Assembly (NCBI GenBank): GCA_964476605.1
Contig: CAYZBH010000012.1
Location: 3,869-67,868 of the forward strand
Direction: 5' to 3'
DNA from: an uncultured Thermoanaerobaculia bacterium
GTDB lineage: Bacteria; Acidobacteriota; Thermoanaerobaculia; Multivoradales; JAGPDF01
DNA length: 64,000 nt
Of the stretch, positions 11,000 to 24,965 are shown one piece after another. Position numbers and translations under genes: made by a program. Below the pieces are notes generated by a model. It worked only from the letters and a program-made list of their open reading frames with translations, did not search any database and had not been told where the DNA came from. The stretch's first letter is position 1, and each line of letters begins with the position of its first letter.

Positions 11000-11969
11000 G
11001 CGCCGCCTCCACGGACGCGGCGAGCGCTTCGACGATGCGAGATCGCAGGGACGCCACGTCTCCATCCCCCTTGCAACCGGCCGCGTTCTTGTGACCGCCG
11101 CCCCCCATCGCGCGTGCCACGCGCTCCACGTCCACCGGTCCCCGGCTCCGGAGCGAGATCTTCCAGGCTCCCTCCTCGAGCTCGCGCAACAGGGCGACCG
11201 CCTCGACGCCAGCGATCGAGCGTGGCGTGTCGATCAGGCCCTCGGAATCACCGGGCAGCGCGCCGGCGCGGGCGAACGCCTCGCGCGTCAGAAGCGCCGA
11301 CGCGACCCGCCCGCCGGCATGCAGCTCGAGTGTCGCGAGCATCTCCCCGAGCAGGCGCACGGCGCGCTCCGGCTGGCTTTCGTAGATCCAGTGGGAGACG
11401 CGGTCTGGCCGTGCTCCCGCGCGGACCAGCGCGGCGGCTGCCTCGAAGGCTCTGGGCGTGGCATTCGCGAAGCGGAAGCCCCCGGTATCCGTGACCAAGG
11501 CGAGGAGCAGGCAGTCCGCGGTCGTGGAATCGAGTGTGAGATCGAGATCGCGTGCCACCTCCGCGACCATTTCGGCGACGGCGGGAGCCTCGCTGTCGAC
11601 CCAATTCGCGATCCCGTACCGGGCGTTCCCGAGGTGGTGGTCGATGTTGAGGAGGGTTCGTCCGAGGAGCTCTTCCTCGAGTCCCGTGCGATCCAGGGTC
11701 GGGCACTCGAGCACGACGACCGCGTCGAAGGCCGCGGGGAATCCCGCGGGCGGCGACGTGCCGACGTGGATCTCGGAGGCGCCCGGCAACGGCTGATAGA
11801 CGCCAGGGGAGGGGTGGAGATTCCAGACCACCGCCTCCTTGCCGGCCTGGCGCAGGATGCGCTGCAGCGCGAGCTCGCTGCCGATGGCGTCGCCGTCGGG
11901 GTTGGTGTGACTGGTGAGGAGGAACCGCTCCCCGTCGCGGAGGGACCGCAGGATCTCTTCAGGCGTCAC
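10989..11969 (-). CDS. nrnA: DHH/DHHA1 phosphoesterase (NrnA-type bifunctional oligoribonuclease/pAp phosphatase)
   Basis: 'LLTSHTNPDGDAIGS' DHH motif and 'GGGHKNAAG' DHHA1 motif. Sits in the conserved position between rbfA and truB. Confidence 0.8.
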   Translation of the reverse strand: MTPEEILRSLRDGERFLLTSHTNPDGDAIGSELALQRILRQAGKEAVVWNLHPSPGVYQPLPGASEIHVGTSPPAGFPAAFDAVVVLECPTLDRTGLEEELLGRTLLNIDHHLGNARYGIANWVDSEAPAVAEMVAEVARDLDLTLDSTTADCLLLALVTDTGGFRFANATPRAFEAAAALVRAGARPDRVSHWIYESQPERAVRLLGEMLATLELHAGGRVASALLTREAFARAGALPGDSEGLIDTPRSIAGVEAVALLRELEEGAWKISLRSRGPVDVERVARAMGGGGHKNAAGCKGDGDVASLRSRIVEALAASVEAAHGA

Positions 11970-12312
11970 CGTCGCCCCCCTCCAGCTCCTCCAGGAGCTC
12001 CGAAATGCGCTGCGAGTGCTCGGCGCCCCGGTCGAGCTCGAACCGGAGCTCCGGCACCACGCGCAGTCTGAGCCGTCGCGCCAGCTGCGATCTGAGGAAG
12101 CCGCTCCCGTGCTCGATCCCCGCGATGGCGGCGCCGCGCTGCGTCTCGTCTCCGAGCGCCGAGATCCAGACCCGCGCGTGGCCGAGATCGTGACTGACTT
12201 CGACGCGAGTCACCGAAGCGAGGGCGACGCGTGGGTCTCGCATCTCCCGCCGCAGCAACTCGGAGAGCTCCGTCCGGATGAGGTCGCCGACCCGTTCGCT
12301 ACGCTGGCTCAT
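11959..12312 (-). CDS. rbfA: ribosome-binding factor A
   Basis: 117 aa. 'RSERVGDLIRTELSELL...RVALASVTRVEVSHDLGHARVWIS' is the typical RbfA KH-like fold sequence. Confidence 0.9.
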   Translation of the reverse strand: MSQRSERVGDLIRTELSELLRREMRDPRVALASVTRVEVSHDLGHARVWISALGDETQRGAAIAGIEHGSGFLRSQLARRLRLRVVPELRFELDRGAEHSQRISELLEELEGGDGDA

Positions 12313-12602
12313 GGGGCTTCCTCCAGAATCTGCGGGTGCCAGGCGAGTATCACGAGCTCATTCTCCTCCTCGGCGAGACGAAGCGCCTCGTCGAGCATCT
12401 CCTGCACGGCCCGCTCGCGGCCGGCGACCACCGCGATGCCGATCTCGGCCCGCTGCAGCAGGTCGAGGTGCGCCGTTTCCGCGGCCGAGATGCGGTGGCG
12501 CGCGTGCAGCCGTTCGACCAGGCCACGCACCAGGCGCCGCTTCGACTTGAGATCGTGGCAGTAGGGGAGCTGAAGCTCGAGAACGGCGACTCCGACGTAC
12601 AT
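12309..12602 (-). CDS. DUF503-family protein (YlxP-like), conserved between infB and rbfA
   Basis: 97 aa. Position and size match DUF503 members in nusA-infB operons. High GC3. Confidence 0.7.
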   Translation of the reverse strand: MYVGVAVLELQLPYCHDLKSKRRLVRGLVERLHARHRISAAETAHLDLLQRAEIGIAVVAGRERAVQEMLDEALRLAEEENELVILAWHPQILEEAP

Positions 12603-12642
12603 GGTCCTTCGCGCCGCGAGCCGTCGAGGCCGCGGCGCGACC

Positions 12643-15483
<2,841 letters not shown>

Positions 15484-15534
15484 ACGCTCGGTAACTCTCC
15501 TTACTGCCAATCGCTGCGCGCGCCGCGGACGGCG

Positions 15535-17058
<1,524 letters not shown>

Positions 17059-17069
17059 ACCCTTGGTTC

Positions 17070-17534
17070 CTACCACTCGATCTCCAAGCGCGCCAGCTGG
17101 ATGTTCGCCAGGCGCAAAGTCAACTCGCGTCCGCCCTCGATCTCGGTGACCGTCACCGTTTCGTTCCCCGGGTCGAACGCCGCGAGGCGACCGACCACCG
17201 TTGCGCGCCGCCCGCTCTCCGGCTCGACGAACCGGACCCGCACTCGCTTCCCGACGAACCGGACGTAGTCCGCCGGACCGTAGAGCTCGCGATCCAGACC
17301 CGGGGAGCTGACTTCGAGCGTGTAGCGTCCCCGCCCGAAGTCGGCCACGTCCAGCAGCGCCGAGGCCTGCTTGGAGACCGCCTCGCAGTCTTCGAGGCGC
17401 ACCCCCTCGGGCCGGTCCAGCACCAGGCGCAACGTGCCGCCCTTGAACTCGACGCGGACGAGCTCGCAACCGCGCTCCGCCGCGATGGCCGCGAGCTCGT
17501 CTTGCAATCCGGAGTCGATCCTCGCCTCGGCCAT
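17070..17534 (-). CDS. rimP: ribosome maturation factor RimP
   Basis: ATG at 17534. 'ELVRVEFKGGTLRLVLDRPEGVRLEDCEAVSKQ...LEVSSPGLDRELY' is typical of RimP/YhbC. Conserved first gene of the nusA operon. Confidence 0.85.
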   Translation of the reverse strand: MAEARIDSGLQDELAAIAAERGCELVRVEFKGGTLRLVLDRPEGVRLEDCEAVSKQASALLDVADFGRGRYTLEVSSPGLDRELYGPADYVRFVGKRVRVRFVEPESGRRATVVGRLAAFDPGNETVTVTEIEGGRELTLRLANIQLARLEIEW

Positions 17535-17558
17535 CCCGATCGAGCTTCCCAGACAACG

Positions 17559-17588
17559 AAAAAGGTGGGCTACACGGCCCACCTTCCA
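17559..17588 (-). promoter_or_regulatory. stable GC hairpin followed by T-tract (intrinsic-terminator-like) in the 5' leader ~25 nt upstream of rimP
   Basis: Minus strand reads GGTGGGCCGTGTAGCCCACC + TTTTTCG. No minus-strand gene lies upstream, so it sits in the operon leader. Confidence 0.4.
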
Positions 17589-17805
17589 CGAGTCAGGCAA
17601 GCTGGCAAGCCGTGATGATAGCTCGGCTTGCCGACGATGGCAAGGAACGGAGGAAGGTCCCCGCGCCGGAGGCGCCAAACTGGCGCGGCGGATCGCCGGC
17701 TCGATCCGAATCCGACCGAAGCCCGTGGTCGGCGCGCGGCACGTCGCTTGCTAGGTCACCTCACGTCGCGTCTCGCGGCGGCGTATTCGCGAAAGGAGAT
17801 TCCTC

Positions 17806-19330
17806 GATGGCGCAGTCTTCGTCCCGCACCCGACAGGTCACCACGCTCGCGTTGGTTTTCGGCGCGGTGATCTTCGGCATGATCCTCGCCGGCAGCCTGA
17901 ATCTGAGCACCACCGGAGCGGCGGCGCCCGCGCCGGAAGCGGCGGCGCAGGCGGCCGCTGGCCCGCGCGCCGGCACCAGCTATCTGCCTTCATTCGCCGA
18001 TTTGGCGGAGAAGGTCTTGCCGGCAGTCGTCTCGATCGACGCGCAGACGATCGAGAAGGGGCAGCGCCAGAGCTATCACGGAGGCCAGGATCCCTTCGAC
18101 TTCTTCTTCGGTCCCCGGCAGCGTCAGCGGGGCGACGACGACCGTGAGTATCGGTCGGACTCGGGCGGTAGCGGCTTCGTGGTGAGCGCCGACGGCTACG
18201 TGGTGACGAACAACCACGTCGTCGAAGGGGCCACCAAGGTGCGCGTGCGGTTCGAGGAGCGCACCTACGACGCGGAGGTGAAGGGCACCGATCCCGCGAC
18301 GGATCTCGCCCTGCTCAAGATCGATGCGGGGAAGAACCTGCCGTTCCTCCCCCTGGGAGACGCCGACCGGTTGCGGGTCGGTGACTACGTGATGGCGATC
18401 GGCAATCCGCTGCTCCTCGATCACACCGTGACCGTGGGCGTCGTGAGCGCCAAGGGTCGCTCGATCGGCCTTTCGCGCGACAGCTCGTTCGAGAACTTCA
18501 TCCAGACGGACGCCGCCATCAACCGGGGCAACTCCGGAGGCCCGCTCGTCGATCTCGCCGGGGAGGTGGTCGGCATCGCGACCGCCATGAACTGGGGAGC
18601 GGAGAACATCGGCTTCGCGGTGCCGGTCAACACCCTGAAAGCGGTGCTTCCCCAGCTCCAGGAGAAGGGGAAGGTGAGCCGCGGGTACATCGGCGTGAAC
18701 ATCGCCAACCTCGACTACGAGCGCGCCCAGGCGTTCGGCCTGCCGGAGGCGGGTGGCGCCCTCGTGACGCAGGTGGTGGACGGCTCCCCGGCCGACAAGG
18801 CGGGGCTTCGGCACGGGGACGTGCTGCTCTCGGTCGACGGCCGCAAGATCACCGAGACGCGCGATCTGATCGACTACGTGTCTTCTTTGCCGCCGGGTCG
18901 AAAGGTCGAGCTCGAGGTGCTCCGCGACGGCAAGCGGATGACCGAGAAAGTGGAGCTCGCCGAGCGCCAGGGAGACGCGGAGAGCCAGCCTCAGGCCAAG
19001 GACGAGGAGGCGCGCGGCGTCGATTGGCTCGGCCTGCAGTACCAGGACCTGACGCCGGCGCTCCGCCAGAGCCTGCGGCTCCCGGCGGGCGTCGACGGCA
19101 TCGTGGTCCGGGAGGTCTCGGCCTCGAGCCCGCTCTACGACGAGGGGTTGGCCGAAGGGGACCTCATCACCGAGGTCAACGGGCGGCCGGTGACAGACGT
19201 GGGCGATTTCGAGAAGGACGTTCGCGCGGCGGCATCGGGATCCTTCCTGAGGCTCTACGTGCGACGCGTCGACTCGCGTGGCCGGAGTGACCGGGACGTG
19301 AGCTTCTTCGCGATCGTGCGCGTGCCCTAG
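17806..19330 (+). CDS. htrA: periplasmic serine endoprotease DegP/HtrA family (trypsin domain + two PDZ domains)
   Basis: ATG with AAAGGAGA Shine-Dalgarno sequence. N-terminal transmembrane/signal segment, catalytic 'TNNHVV', 'DLALLKI', 'GNSGGPLV', then two PDZ domains. Confidence 0.9.
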
Positions 19331-19351
19331 CGCAGCGTCGAGAGGGCTTTC

Positions 19352-19388
19352 GGCGGCCGGCTCCCACGGGGCCGGCCGTCTCCTTTTT
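19352..19388 (+). terminator. rho-independent terminator downstream of htrA
   Basis: GGCCGGC-tcccacggg-GCCGGCC stem followed by TCTCCTTTTT. Confidence 0.75.
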
Positions 19389-19404
19389 GCTACACTGCGC
19401 GCCG

Positions 19405-20787
19405 ATGTGCGCCGTTTCGCGAGCCTCGATCCTGGTCGTCGATGACGAGCCCGCGATCCGCGAGAGTCTCCGCATGGTGCTCGAGTTCGAGGGCTACCGG
19501 GTGGAAGAGGCGGCGCACGGTCTGGAGGCCTTGCAGAAGACGCGCGAGCGGCCTCCCGACGCGATCTTGCTCGATCTCCGGATGCCGGAGATGGACGGCC
19601 TCGAGACCCTCAAGTCGCTTCGCGAACGGGGCTACGAGATGCCGGTGATCGTCCTCTCGGGCCACGCCGACGTCGCGACCGCGGTGGAAGCGACGCGCCG
19701 GGGAGCCTTCGACTTCTTCGAGAAACCGCTGCAACGCGAGCGCGTGCTGCTCTCGCTGCGCAACGCCGTCGAGTCGTACCGGTTGCAGCGCGACAGCAAG
19801 CAGCCGGCCGCGGCGGACGGGATCGAGCTCATCGGCGCTTCGACCGCCATGCGGAGACTCCGCGAGACGATCGAGCTCGCGGCGCCGAGCCCGGCGACCG
19901 TCCTAGTGACGGGCGAGAGTGGCACCGGCAAGGAGCTCGTGGCGCGCGCCATCCACGCGCTCTCCCCGCGCCGGGGTCAGGCCTTCGTTCAGGTCAACTG
20001 CGCGGCCATTCCGGAAGAGCTCATCGAGTCCGAGCTCTTCGGGCACGAGAAGGGGAGTTTCACCGGAGCGGTGCGCAAGCAGACGGGAAAGTTCGTGGCC
20101 GCGGACGGCGGCACGATCTTCCTGGACGAGGTGGGAGACATGTCCGCCCGCACGCAGGCCAAGGTGCTGCGGGTGCTGGAGAGCGGCGACGTCGAGCCGG
20201 TGGGTGCCGACAAGGTGGTGCGGGTCAACGTCCGCGTCGTGGCGGCGACGAATCGCGACCTCACGTCGGAGATCGCCGCCGGTCGCTTCCGAGAGGACCT
20301 CTTCTACCGCTTGAACGTCGTGCCCATCCGGACGCCGCCGTTGCGCGAGCGGCTGGAGGATCTGCCCCTGCTGGTCGAGCATTTCGCGCGCCGCTACTGC
20401 GAGACCAACAACTTCCGCCGCAAGCGCTTCACGCCCGAGGCGATGGAGCGGCTGCAGGCGCACGCCTGGAAGGGCAACGTGCGCGAGCTGCGCAACCTGG
20501 TGGAGCGTCTCCTCATCCTGACGCCCGGAGACCTGATCGGCGGCGAAATCGTCGTGGCGGCGATCGGCGAGGGGGACGCCGAGCTCGGCCAGGCCTTTCA
20601 GGGGCTCAAGACCTTGCGCGAGTTCCGCGATCAGGCCGAGAAGCTCTTCTTGGTCCAGAAGCTGGCCGAGCACCAGTGGAACGTGACCCAGACGGCGCTC
20701 GCCATCGACACGCCGCGGAGCAATCTCTACAAGAAGATGGAGCAGTACGAGATCAAGCGAAAGGAGTCCGGCGGTGGCGAGGGGTGA
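19405..20787 (+). CDS. sigma-54-dependent response regulator (NtrC family: REC + AAA+ sigma-54 activator + Fis-type HTH)
   Basis: 'ILVVDDEPAIRESL' receiver with phosphoacceptor context 'ILLDLRMPEMDG', 'GESGTGKE' Walker A, and 'GAFTGA'-type loop 'KGSFTGAV'. 'ESELFGHEKG' and the C-terminal HTH are also present. ATG at 19405 preferred over TTG at 19387. Confidence 0.85.
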   Translation: MCAVSRASILVVDDEPAIRESLRMVLEFEGYRVEEAAHGLEALQKTRERPPDAILLDLRMPEMDGLETLKSLRERGYEMPVIVLSGHADVATAVEATRRGAFDFFEKPLQRERVLLSLRNAVESYRLQRDSKQPAAADGIELIGASTAMRRLRETIELAAPSPATVLVTGESGTGKELVARAIHALSPRRGQAFVQVNCAAIPEELIESELFGHEKGSFTGAVRKQTGKFVAADGGTIFLDEVGDMSARTQAKVLRVLESGDVEPVGADKVVRVNVRVVAATNRDLTSEIAAGRFREDLFYRLNVVPIRTPPLRERLEDLPLLVEHFARRYCETNNFRRKRFTPEAMERLQAHAWKGNVRELRNLVERLLILTPGDLIGGEIVVAAIGEGDAELGQAFQGLKTLREFRDQAEKLFLVQKLAEHQWNVTQTALAIDTPRSNLYKKMEQYEIKRKESGGGEG

Positions 20788-21373
20788 GCAGCTCGAAGCG
20801 ATTCTGGAGGCTTGCGGCGCGCTGCGCCGCGGCCACTTCCTCCTCTCCTCTGGGTTGCACTCGCCGGCCTACGTCCAGTGCGCGCTGCTGCTCGAGGACC
20901 CGCGCCGGGCGCGTGCGGTCGGCTCCCAGCTCGCCGAAGAGCTGGCTCCCGAGCGCCCCGAGTCGATCCTCGCGCCCGCTCTCGGTGGGGTGATCATCGG
21001 CCACGAAGTGGCCGCGGCGCTGGGGATTCCGTTCCGATTCTCGGAGCGCGAGGGAGAGCGCATGACGCTCAGGCGCGGCTTCGCGATCGCGCCCGGCGAA
21101 CGAGTGGCGGTGGTCGAGGACGTGGTGACGACGGGCAAGTCGACGCTCGAGACGGCGGCGCTCGCGGCCGCGGCCGGGGCCCTGGTGGTGGCGATCGGCT
21201 CGATCATCGACCGCAGCGGTGGCCGCCATGGCTTCGACGTGCCGTATCGGGGCCTGTTGACTCTGGCGCTTCCGACCTACCCTCCGGAGGCTTGCCCGCT
21301 CTGCGCCGGCGGATCGGTCGCCGTCAAGCCGGGCAGCCGGCCGCAGCCGTCGCCGGGGCGGGCCGGGAGCTAG
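20774..21373 (+). CDS. pyrE: orotate phosphoribosyltransferase-type PRTase
   Basis: GTG start with AAGGAG 8 nt upstream. PRPP-binding loop 'VAVVEDVVTTGKS'. ~199 aa type I PRTase. Assignment as OPRT specifically is moderate. Confidence 0.7.
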   Translation: MARGEQLEAILEACGALRRGHFLLSSGLHSPAYVQCALLLEDPRRARAVGSQLAEELAPERPESILAPALGGVIIGHEVAAALGIPFRFSEREGERMTLRRGFAIAPGERVAVVEDVVTTGKSTLETAALAAAAGALVVAIGSIIDRSGGRHGFDVPYRGLLTLALPTYPPEACPLCAGGSVAVKPGSRPQPSPGRAGS

Positions 21374-21621
21374 GCGAGCGCGACCCGGTAGAGCTTGTCG
21401 ACGCTCTTCTTGAGGGCTTCGAGCCGGCCCGCCGCGGAGGCCTCGCGAGCGGCGACGGTGAGCGGCCAGATGTTGTCGGCCGAGTCGTAGACCTCGATGC
21501 TCCAGACCTGCCGGTCCGGGTCCCAACGTTCCTTGCCGCCGGCGCGGACGCCCCAGCCGGAAGGGAGATAGCTGCGCAGCTCGAGCTCGGTGTATCCGAG
21601 CCTGGTATTCCCGTTCGCCAT
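21370..21621 (-). CDS. hypothetical small protein (83 aa)
   Basis: C-terminal segment of a long antisense track ORF. Only this part lies outside the ACAD genes. ATG at 21621. GC3 ~95% over the 52 codons checked by eye. Non-repetitive composition ('MANGNTRLGYTELELRSYLPSGWGV...EALKKSVDKLYRVALA'). Confidence 0.5.
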   Translation of the reverse strand: MANGNTRLGYTELELRSYLPSGWGVRAGGKERWDPDRQVWSIEVYDSADNIWPLTVAAREASAAGRLEALKKSVDKLYRVALA

Positions 21622-21705
21622 GAACGGGATTCTGTCGCAGATCCGCGCGGGAAGCCAAGCGGACGGTTGGCCGAGCTCGATTCCGACTGTTAGCATCCTC
21701 CCACG

Positions 21706-22851
21706 ATGCAGATCGAGCTCAACGAAGATCAGGTGCTGCTGCGCGACACGGTGCGTCGCTTCGCGGCGGACGTCGTCGCGCCGCGCGCCAAGGCGATCGA
21801 CGCGTCGGGCGAGTTCCCGCTCGACTACTACCATCAAGCTGGAGAGCTCGGCCTCGCCGGGGTCTACGTTCCGGAGGCCTACGGCGGCGCCGGCATGGAC
21901 ATGGTCGCCTACTGCGTGATGATGGAGGAGATCTCCAAGGTCTGCGCGTCGAGCGGCGTGATCCTCTCGGTGAACAATTCCCTGGTCTGCGATCCGCTCC
22001 TCAAGTACGCCACCGAGGAGCAGAAGCACCGGTTTCTGGCGCCGCTCGCCGCGGGGGAGAAACTGGGCTGTTTCGCGCTCACCGAGCCAGAGGCCGGCAG
22101 CGACGCGGGCTCGCTCCGTTCGACGGCGCGGCGCGACGGCGATCACTACGTACTCGACGGCAGCAAGGTCTTCATCACCAACGGGACGCACGCCGACATC
22201 GCCATCGTCTTCGCGAACAGCCAACCCGAGAGGAAGCAGAAGGGGATCTCGGCCTTCATCGTGCCGACCGACACGCCGGGATTCGCGCGCGGCCACCACG
22301 AATACAAGTTGGGCGTTCAGGCTTCCGGGACCACGCAGCTCTTCTTCGAGGGGATGCGCGTGCCCGCGGACCAGCGGCTGGGAGAAGAGGGCGAAGGGTT
22401 CAAGATTGCCATGTCGACGCTCGACGGCGGTCGGATCGGCATCGCGGCGCAGGCGGTCGGCATCGCGCAGGGGGCCTTCGAGGCGGCGCTCGCGTACGCC
22501 AAGGAGCGGCGCCAGTTCGGCCGCCCGATCGCCGATTTCCAGGCCATCCAGTTCTACCTCGCCGACATGGCGATGGAGCTCGATGCCGCGCGCCTGCTGG
22601 TCTTCAAGGCCGCTTGGGCGAAGATGACGCAGAAGCGCTACAGCCTGGAGGCGGCGCAGGCCAAGCTCTTCGCCTCCGAGATGGCGCAGCGGGTCACCAG
22701 CAAGGCTCTGCAGATCCACGGCGGCTACGGCTACACCCGCGAATACGACGTCGAACGCTTCTTCCGCGACGCACGCATCACCGAGATCTACGAGGGGACG
22801 AGCGAGATCCAGAAGCTCGTGATCTCCGAGTGGATCCTCCGGGAGAGCTGA
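21706..22851 (+). CDS. acyl-CoA dehydrogenase (short/branched-chain type)
   Basis: 381 aa. 'CFALTEPEAGSDAGS', 'GGYGYTREYDVERFFRDARITEIYEGTSEIQ'. Canonical ACAD catalytic Glu near the C-terminus. Confidence 0.9.
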   Translation: MQIELNEDQVLLRDTVRRFAADVVAPRAKAIDASGEFPLDYYHQAGELGLAGVYVPEAYGGAGMDMVAYCVMMEEISKVCASSGVILSVNNSLVCDPLLKYATEEQKHRFLAPLAAGEKLGCFALTEPEAGSDAGSLRSTARRDGDHYVLDGSKVFITNGTHADIAIVFANSQPERKQKGISAFIVPTDTPGFARGHHEYKLGVQASGTTQLFFEGMRVPADQRLGEEGEGFKIAMSTLDGGRIGIAAQAVGIAQGAFEAALAYAKERRQFGRPIADFQAIQFYLADMAMELDAARLLVFKAAWAKMTQKRYSLEAAQAKLFASEMAQRVTSKALQIHGGYGYTREYDVERFFRDARITEIYEGTSEIQKLVISEWILRES

Positions 22852-22860
22852 GCCCGCGCC

Positions 22861-24009
22861 ATGCCGGTGGATTTCTCCTTCACCGAGGAACAGGAGCTGC
22901 TCCGCCAGGAGGTCCGCCGCTTCGCCGAGGAGCGGATTCGCCCCGGCCTGCGCGAACGCGACCGTGAGCATCGCTTTCCGGCGGACATTCTCCGCGAGAT
23001 GGGCGAGATGGGGCTGCTCGGAATGCTCGTGCCCGAGGAGCTCGGAGGCGCCGGCCAGTCGCCGCTGACCTATTGCCTCGCGGTCGAGGAGGTCGCCAGC
23101 GTCTGCCCGTCCACCGCCGTCTCGATGAGCGTCACCAACTCGGTCTGCCAGTGGCCGATCGTCCAGTTCGGAACGCCCGCGCTCCAGCGGCGGGTGCTGC
23201 CGGAGCTCGCCTCGGGAGAGGCACTGGGGGGGTTCGGGCTCACGGAGCCGGAGTCGGGGAGTGATGCCGGGGGGATGACGTCGCGGGCGCACCGCGACGG
23301 CTCCGACTGGGTGCTCGACGGACAGAAGGCCTGGATCACCCACGCCGGCGTCGGGAAGTGGTTCGTTGCCTTCGCCAAGACGGACCCGGACGCCGGCAAG
23401 CGAGGGATCTCCGCCTTCGTCATTTCGGCGGAGTGGCCCGGGTTCCGGCGCGGAAGCGCCGAGGAGAAGCTCGGCTTGCGCGCCTCGGACACCGGGGCGC
23501 TCTATTTCGAATCGCTCCGCGTGCCGGGGGAGTTCCTGCTGGGCGAGGAGGGGCAGGGTTTCCACATCGCCCTGGCGACGCTCGACCACTCCCGTCTCGG
23601 CATCGCCGCGCAGGCCGTGGGCATGCATCGGCGCGCGCTCGAGCTCGCGCTCGAGTACGCCAAGGAGCGGCGACAGTTCGGCGTGCCGCTCGCCGAGCAC
23701 CAGGCGATCCGGTTCACCCTGGCCCGGATGGCGACCGAGCTCGCCGCCGCGCGCGCCCTGCTGCACCAAGCCGCGCTGGTGTCCGGCCGGCGTTCGGAGG
23801 CGGGGCGGCTCGCGTCCGAGGCCAAGGCCTTCGCCTCCGAGGCCGCCAACCGCGCCTGCTGGGACGCGTTGCAGGTCCACGGTGGGAACGGCTTCTGCGA
23901 GGACTACGAGATCGCCCGCCTCTACCGCGACGTTCGCGTGACGACGATTTACGAAGGCACGAGCGAGATGCAGCGCCTGGTGATCGCGCGCCACCTGCTC
24001 GCGTCGTGA
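22861..24009 (+). CDS. acyl-CoA dehydrogenase (second paralogue)
   Basis: 382 aa. 'GFGLTEPESGSDAGG', 'HGGNGFCEDYEIARLYRDVRVTTIYEGTSEMQ'. Confidence 0.9.
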   Translation: MPVDFSFTEEQELLRQEVRRFAEERIRPGLRERDREHRFPADILREMGEMGLLGMLVPEELGGAGQSPLTYCLAVEEVASVCPSTAVSMSVTNSVCQWPIVQFGTPALQRRVLPELASGEALGGFGLTEPESGSDAGGMTSRAHRDGSDWVLDGQKAWITHAGVGKWFVAFAKTDPDAGKRGISAFVISAEWPGFRRGSAEEKLGLRASDTGALYFESLRVPGEFLLGEEGQGFHIALATLDHSRLGIAAQAVGMHRRALELALEYAKERRQFGVPLAEHQAIRFTLARMATELAAARALLHQAALVSGRRSEAGRLASEAKAFASEAANRACWDALQVHGGNGFCEDYEIARLYRDVRVTTIYEGTSEMQRLVIARHLLAS

Positions 24010-24956
24010 GCGCCTCCGGCTCGACCGGCGGCTCCGGCCGCGTCCTCGGGATCGTCCTCAACTTCGACGGCCGCGACCTCACGCTGGCGACGCTCGAAAG
24101 CCTGCTCGCCATGCGCCATCCGGCGCTCGATCTCCTGGTGGTCGACAACGGTTCGTCCGACGGCTCGGACGCGGCGGTGGCGGAGCATTATCCGGGCGTC
24201 CGGCGCCTCCGCACCGAGCGGAACCTCGGGATCTCCGGAGGGCTCAACCTCGGATTCCGGGTCGGCCTCGAGGCGGGTTACGACTACCTGATGCCGATGA
24301 ACAACGACATCGAGGTGGCGCCCGATCTCCTGGACGCGCTGATCGCCGCGATCGAGACCGATCCGAAGCTCGGCTGCGTCGGGCCGAAGTGCTACTACCA
24401 CAGCGACCCGCGGCGGATCTGGTCCGCCGGGGGGATCCTGCGGTTCCGAGAGTCGGTCACCCGCGAGCGGGGCATGGGGGAGCTCGACCGGGGTCAGTAC
24501 GACCTGGACGGGGTCGTGGACTACGTGAACGGCGCGCTCATGCTCGCGCGGCGCGATGCGATGCTCGCCGCCGGGCTCTGGGATCCCGTCTACCACGTGT
24601 CCGTCGAGGACGCCGATTGGTGCATGCGCGCCCGGCGCGCGGGCTTCCGCTGCGGCTACGCGTATCGCGCCCGCCTCTGGCACATGGTCTCGCCGACGAC
24701 CGGCGGGTATGTCGCCGGCAGGACGTTTCGAACCGGTCGCTCGACCGCGATCTTCGTCCGCAAGTACGCAGGTCCACTGGGCTGGCTCTCCTTTCTCGCC
24801 TGGTCGGCGCTCGCCCTCCCCGCGGCCCTGGCGCGCGAGCTGCCACGCGGCAACGCGGGGGCGGTCCTCGCCAAGTACCGAGGGTTGGCCGAAGGGCTCA
24901 GGGTCCCCTTGCCCCCGCCTCCCGGGGCGGGACCCGGCAGCGAGAACCCGCTCTAG
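24006..24956 (+). CDS. glycosyltransferase family 2
   Basis: GTG start overlapping the ACAD stop (GTGA). 'LGIVLNFDGRDLTLATLESL...VVDNGSSDGS' nucleotide-sugar binding region and DxD-like 'NNDIEV'. Confidence 0.8.
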   Translation: MSASGSTGGSGRVLGIVLNFDGRDLTLATLESLLAMRHPALDLLVVDNGSSDGSDAAVAEHYPGVRRLRTERNLGISGGLNLGFRVGLEAGYDYLMPMNNDIEVAPDLLDALIAAIETDPKLGCVGPKCYYHSDPRRIWSAGGILRFRESVTRERGMGELDRGQYDLDGVVDYVNGALMLARRDAMLAAGLWDPVYHVSVEDADWCMRARRAGFRCGYAYRARLWHMVSPTTGGYVAGRTFRTGRSTAIFVRKYAGPLGWLSFLAWSALALPAALARELPRGNAGAVLAKYRGLAEGLRVPLPPPPGAGPGSENPL

Positions 24957-24965
24957 ACTCGGGCC

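Noticed and set aside
21622-23994. Upstream 790 codons of the 874-aa minus-strand ORF antisense to both acyl-CoA dehydrogenases
   Set aside because: Shadow of two strongly supported ACAD genes. Low-complexity Gly/Arg/Leu-rich translation. Only the short 3' portion outside the ACAD genes (21370-21621) is kept as a candidate.
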